Positions 35,461-40,528 of a DNA stretch of 40,528 nucleotides are shown piece after piece. Each line of letters opens with the position of its first letter. Position 1 is the first letter of the stretch. The notes below the pieces were generated by a model. That model worked only from the letters and a program-made list of their open reading frames with translations, was not told where the DNA came from and ran no database searches. This DNA is from Octopus bimaculoides (Eukaryota): positions 112,082,389 through 112,122,916 of the forward strand of contig NC_068983.1 of the NCBI RefSeq assembly GCF_001194135.2, in the 5' to 3' direction. The position numbers and the translations under genes were made by a program.

Positions 35461-35480
35461 GTATATATATATATATAAAT
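35182..35480 (+). mobile_element. Type-1 SINE 5' half with (CA)n microsatellite
   Basis: CAGGTGTGGTTGTGTCGTAAG, GGTTCAGTCCC, GGAACTGAAAGAAGC, then (CA)n. Confidence 0.85.
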
Positions 35481-35589
35481 ATATATCATAATCATCATCA
35501 TTTAATATCCACCTTACATGCTATAGCCAATAGTAAAGTACTTTAATAATAAATCAAAAAATATTAGCTAGATTATGGCTGGGAGATAA

Positions 35590-36000
35590 CAGTTTACTCA
35601 AAGTAGCAGTCCTCAACTTCCACAATGGCTGCTTGATAGCTCTGGAACCTGGAACATACAGTCCTCACTGAGTCACTGAGAAGATCTTCAAACACTCTTT
35701 GATCTTGGTCACTAACTCAGCCTTGGTGTTATAGACAGAGTGGTTACTGTCTTTCTCAGCCATGTCCTACATATAGTAATCCATGGCATTAATTGAAGGA
35801 ATAAGGAACTCAGAAAATGGTGGGGCTGGTGAAGTCATAGAAATTCTCTGGCATACACTTCTGATACTTTCCAGACGTATGACAAGGAGCTAAATCCTGT
35901 TTCTAAAAATATGGCTTTCCAGCAGAAACCTTCTCCACTCAGAGTTTGACTGCAGTCTCCAACAGCTTCACATAGCTTCTGAATTGAGCATAAGACCTTC
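35590..36000 (-). pseudogene. Second maT-like (DD37D-family) transposase relic, inverted relative to 30100-30822
   Basis: EKVSAGKPYF*KQDLAPCHTSGKYQK..ENFYDFTSP, and IKEVFEDL-like ...CYFE*. Confidence 0.8.
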
Positions 36001-36019
36001 TTCAATGATGCAGGGTGAC

Positions 36020-36345
36020 ATGATATGTGTGTGTATATGTGTCTATATGGTTGTGCACACATGAGTGTGTGAGCAGGCATGTGTGTGTCTATGAAGGTAT
36101 TGTTTGTGTATGCATGTGTGTGCATGGTAACACATGCATATGTCTGTGTGTATATAAAGCAGTGTGTGTGAATATGCTCCTTGTGTTTCTGCATGTGTAT
36201 ACATGTACATGTGTGTGTGTGTGTGTGTGCGCGCGCACATGCATGCATGCAAGTTCAAGTGTCTGTGTGGGTGTGTGCATGCATGCAAGTGTATGAAGTT
36301 ATGTGCATGCATACTGTAAGCGTTTAACATGTGTGTGTATATGTA
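36020..36345. repeat. Cryptic (TG/CA)n tract
   Basis: Read directly. Confidence 0.8.
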
Positions 36346-36619
36346 TTATACCCTAAATTCTGAATATTATTGATTTTTATTTTCCAATTAAGCACAAGGA
36401 TCCTGTTTGTAACTGGATAGATAGTATCTAAGGGCAATGTTCATGACTTTCTTAAGAGCAATAGAAATGTAAATAAAGTGAATTGGCATCTACATTTTCA
36501 ACTGGATAACTATTTAGTTCATATTCTATCGATGTTCACTAAATTATCATAGACTCACACTGGTGTCTCAATAAAATTTGCCAAATATGTACATGAAAAC
36601 TTTTGAAAGACACTTCAAC

Positions 36620-36880
36620 AAGTTGTTCTTTAGGGTTCCTCCAAGAAAGCTATAAAGGAGTGACAGAGAACAAAAGGTCAAAGCTTACCAGGAAAAAAGC
36701 CATTAATTTCCATTACTGTCAATAGTGATGTGCCATAGTTGAAACAGCTCATCACAATTCTTACAACACTTGCTTCTCTGTGTAGCAAGTAGAACTGAGT
36801 GTGAAGTATATGATTGAGAAGTGAAAAATGGCAAGTTGTTCAATTTAATATAAGAAAAACAAAATGTTGCAAAAACACAG
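36620..36880 (+). pseudogene. Possible very old CR1-like RT relic
   Basis: RVPP (GVPQ-like) followed by KWQVVQFNIRKT (W..FN..KT-like); weak. Confidence 0.25.
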
Positions 36881-38204
36881 TTCAGTGACAATACAGAAGT
36901 GAATTAAGAATCAAAATGAAATACCAAAAGAAAATTCTATAAATTAATGGAAGTTCTGATGTGTTGGGAATAAGAATATAACTTTCTGTGTTGGGAGTAA
37001 GAATATAACTTTCGATAAAGAAAGTTGGGTTAAAAGACCATCACATTTGCTAATTGACAAACATATATCATTTTGTTTTGAGTATTAGTTTGTTTTAGAA
37101 TTGTCTGTAGGAAAGCTATATAGTTGGTGTGTCAAATTATTGGTATGACAGTGAAATAGGCAGAGTAAATGTAAATAGACAGACATTATATACGAACAGA
37201 ATTTATACTAGACTTTATGTTTGAATGAATTTAAATCTCAGGTGGGAATAAAAATGTCTGGTTCAGTTTGGAAAAAATATGATGATGTGAATATGTGATA
37301 AAAATATAGTGAATGAGTGTTGCAAGATTTTGGCAGACATTTAATGTGGTGGAAACTACCTACCTTCAATTTATCAAAAGGAATTTTCAAGAGTTGGTTT
37401 GGACTAATAGTTAACATGAAAATATGCCAATTAATAACATGATATAAACTAGTTACTTGAATTAACAAATATATTGATTTCATTTTAAGTTTTAAAGAAT
37501 TTACATCAGTTGTAGATAATTACAGTAAATTATTTTAATGCTAAACCTACTTCCCGTTTTATTAAGTCTCATTATTCTGAACATCAATTACTACCTTCCT
37601 TTTATTTACTGGTATATCTAATGAGATCAGTGATATACAGCAATTAATTGTGTGGTTAGTACAGATCTACTGTAGTCACTTGAGAGAACTAAATTGAGTA
37701 TATTCTATTAGATGTAATGATAAATTATGTGAAATGCAGAGTAGAAATGAGACGTGAAGAGGTTTGCTTACTTTGTTTCTTATGATTTAATCTCAGAAAG
37801 TGAGATAGTACTAGTGGGATAGGGTGTGCTACTGTGTTGAGTCTACAATTTTGGTATAAGTTTCTGTAAATAATGTTTGTTGCCACTTCAACATGGCTGT
37901 TCCATACAAACTGACATTACTACCATTTTTTGACCCCAAGAGGACGACTCCTCTAGCTGGTTATTGATGCAATCTGCACCCGATAATATATATTACAAAC
38001 AGGGTAGTAATGTTGGTTCGTACAGAATATTCATGTTGAAGAGGTAACAAACATTACTTCTCTGTATAGTTAGTAATTTCATCTCTTATAGAGATTTTCT
38101 AACTAGCTGCTTTGCTCTCAGCAAATAATTTTTAGATTATTTCTATATATAATGCAACCCTGATTTAATATTTGTTTCTGAACATGTATTCTTAGATTAA
38201 TAAT

Positions 38205-38580
38205 AAAAGGGTAAAATTAATCAATTAGATTAATTAATTAATCAATCAATTAATTAATAATTTTACCAAGTAGATCGGTATGTTAAAATGACCTTTATAG
38301 GTAAAATTATACAAATATTCTATAATTATAAACATAATTATAATTAGGGGTCAGCTAACCACCTTATCACATACCGAATTTAGAAATAGGAGTTAAAAAT
38401 TCCTTTTCTACTTCTGTAAGAATCTCCACAACAGTAACACACTTTTTTACGTAGGCAAAGAGAAAAAACAGTGAATCAACACGACTCCGATTTGCCACAT
38501 ACGTGTTTCAAGATTAAAGTGTTTAATTACTTACTTCTCTCTTCAGTGTAGCGTTTCCAATTATATTCTTAGATTTGAAA
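38205..38580 (-). mobile_element. Penelope-like LTR-type fragment
   Basis: Contains a minimal hammerhead, locally retained CpGs and a (TTAA/ATTA)-rich end; partial similarity to 9017-9065 and to the fold-back spacer. Confidence 0.5.
38494..38552 (-). ncRNA. Minimal type-I hammerhead ribozyme motif
   Basis: GCUACA-CUGAAGA-GAGA...UCUU-GAAA-C ac GUA-UGUGGC: 6-bp stem I, 4-bp stem II (G-U closing, likely CpG decay) and 2-bp stem III; cut after 38500. Confidence 0.65.
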
Positions 38581-38664
38581 GCAAATTATTAGAAAGTACA
38601 AATCTTTCTGCAATAGAAATGAAATTGGAGACTTTTATGGGAGGGGGTTGGTTCATTACATTAA

Positions 38665-38800
38665 CTGATACTTATTTCACTGGTTTTGAAAGGACAAATG
38701 GCAAAGTCAACCTCAGTAAAGTCAACCTTAGAATGTAAAGACAGAGAAAGTGCCATTAAACATTTTGTCCAGCATGCTAAATATTCTGTCAGTTCACCAC
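38665..38800 (-). mobile_element. Degenerate type-2 SINE fragment
   Basis: GGCAAAGTCAACCTCAG...AGAATGTAAAGACAGA...TTTTGTCCAGCATGCTAA...CTGTCAGTTCACC. Confidence 0.7.
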
Positions 38801-39589
38801 TTTAAGAACATTGTATAACAAAACTACAAGAATAGAAAGAATTATAAGAAAAAAATGTGCCATCTTTCTGTGGATGCACAGTAATCGTAGCTTATACAGA
38901 ATCTCTCAGAGTAGTGAAGTTGATGCTGAACTTTTTTTTTAAATGAGAAAGTTTTCTTGTGGGGAAGATAATGTTGGGGTTCACAGGATCAGAAAGTCAA
39001 GGGGATGAACTATAAAAGCATGATGAAGGGAAGAAAGAAAGGGGAATCAAATGAATTTGAATGAAAATGATGCACAACTTACTGAGAAGTGCAAAGATAA
39101 TTGCATTAATACCAGTAGTAGAAGGAAGAGAGAACATATGATGACTTATTAGATGTTGATTGTTAATGAATAAAGACACACCTTACAGTTGAATGACTAG
39201 TTTCGGATGTGGTATTATTGCTAGACATGCATTTGCATGTGTAGCAATGTTATCTGCTCTGTGTAGGGTCAGCAAATGTGTAAAACTTACATATTTTTCT
39301 CTCCTGAAAAGGCAACTCCAAGTCTAAGGCACAGTATAATTTTTAGAGATATTGTGGTTATCACAGGTTAGCTAAATAATATTTCCACAGGCTATTTTGA
39401 TGTAAGTGAATCAGACAAAGTTTGTAAAAGTCCCCTGGACTTACTGGATATTTAAGATGTTTCTACTCATGGAGTTTATAAATATTTTGTGGAAAATGTC
39501 TTACTTACTGCTGAGGAAGTTGTATTTGGGAAAAGTTACTGAGACTTTAAATCTGATATCATCTGTACTAGAGCATATGTAAGTCTGGT

Positions 39590-39990
39590 TAGAAGTAACA
39601 GTAAGCAGGCTGCTAAAAATAAAGAAAGAAGTGAGAGAGATATCACAAAACCTTGAGACACATCCTAGTTGATTAACTGGCATTAGAGAGAGCCCTATTG
39701 ATACATGGTACAATGGAGCAATCTAACAGGAATCCTCTAATCCAAGAAATGAGAAATGATAGAAGTAGGTTGTAATTGAGCAGCCTTGTAAAGAAGCTGT
39801 GGCACCGTAAAGGAGTGATGAAAGCTTTTGTTGATTTCAAAGGTTACAATTTATATTAAAGTTCTCAAGGATAAGAAATAACTAATTTTACAACAAAGCA
39901 TACTCATAATAGAGGCAATTCAATGAAGTTCTGGGAAGAATTGTTTAGATTAGAATTGGAAGGATTGGTTCTCACAAACGAGTTGATGTG
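39590..39990 (+). pseudogene. Possible CR1-like LINE 3' relic
   Basis: LITGIRE, RGNSMK (RGHS.KL-like) and WFSQ remnants in the expected order; weak. Confidence 0.3.
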
Positions 39991-40419
39991 GGGTCAAAAA
40001 GAATGCATATGTGATGTAGTAAAGACCTACAAAATTTTACAAAAAACATCTTATAAAATCCAAGAGGTTGGATAAGCTATATCTCAGATGTAGGAGATAG
40101 AGCATGAAGGGTTGTTTTAAGTTTGATGTAACTTCACATTGTGGAGTGAAATTAATAAACATGAATTTCTCAGGTAGTAAGAGAAGTATGGTAAAGATAC
40201 AGGCAGTTGTTGGGGTATGGCAAAGTTTATATATTCATTCAAATAGATGCATTCTTTTGTCTGACACATATAAATCTTAACCTCAGTATCAGTCTCCCTC
40301 CAAATTCCTCACACACTAATAAATGCACACATGTACAGTTTATAACAACCGTTCAGTGATTAAGTCAAAATTATTGGTCGGGTGCATTACAATGAGCAGA
40401 TAATAACTAGGAAAGAAAA

Positions 40420-40456
40420 CTGTGCGTGTGTGTGCACATGCACACCTGTGTGTGTG

Positions 40457-40497
<41 letters not shown>

Positions 40498-40528
40498 GTA
40501 TGTATATATATATATATATAGATATATA
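40420..40528. repeat. (TG)n/(TA)n microsatellite
   Basis: Read directly. Confidence 0.95.

Noticed and set aside
36689-37403. Phase-compatible minus-strand exon pair (37364-37403 and 36689-36794) with good donors
   Set aside because: The peptide is unrecognised and the larger exon is antisense to a probable CR1-like relic. It cannot be supported without RNA data.

Overview
AT-rich, microsatellite-laden eukaryotic DNA with N gaps. It is almost certainly a draft octopus (coleoid cephalopod) genome scaffold, judged from memory of the dispersed tRNA-derived SINE families and RTE tails, not from a database search. No intact host gene could be identified, and most ORFs in the track are microsatellite, gap or antisense artefacts. 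The window is a graveyard of mobile elements: three tRNA-headed SINE types, RTE-clade LINE fragments, four R4/Dong-clade (RT plus restriction-like endonuclease) LINE relics clustered at 21-29 kb, two hAT relics, three Tc1/mariner relics (two of one family, one of them showing DD37D/maT spacing), a Helitron 3' end, a piggyBac-type MITE and Penelope-like fragments. The most notable observations are: (1) a 520-bp fold-back element (9121-9640) whose loop carries a type-I hammerhead ribozyme motif at the base of an 85-bp near-perfect stem, plus a second minimal hammerhead at 38494-38552; (2) a head-to-tail chain of R4-clade LINEs whose junctions fall on TA/CA/TACA microsatellites; (3) a three-level nest, RTE > SINE > Tc1; (4) several short perfect palindromes; and (5) a CpG-dense ~75-bp insert inside a decayed LINE. 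Many element boundaries are approximate (about 10-30 bp).
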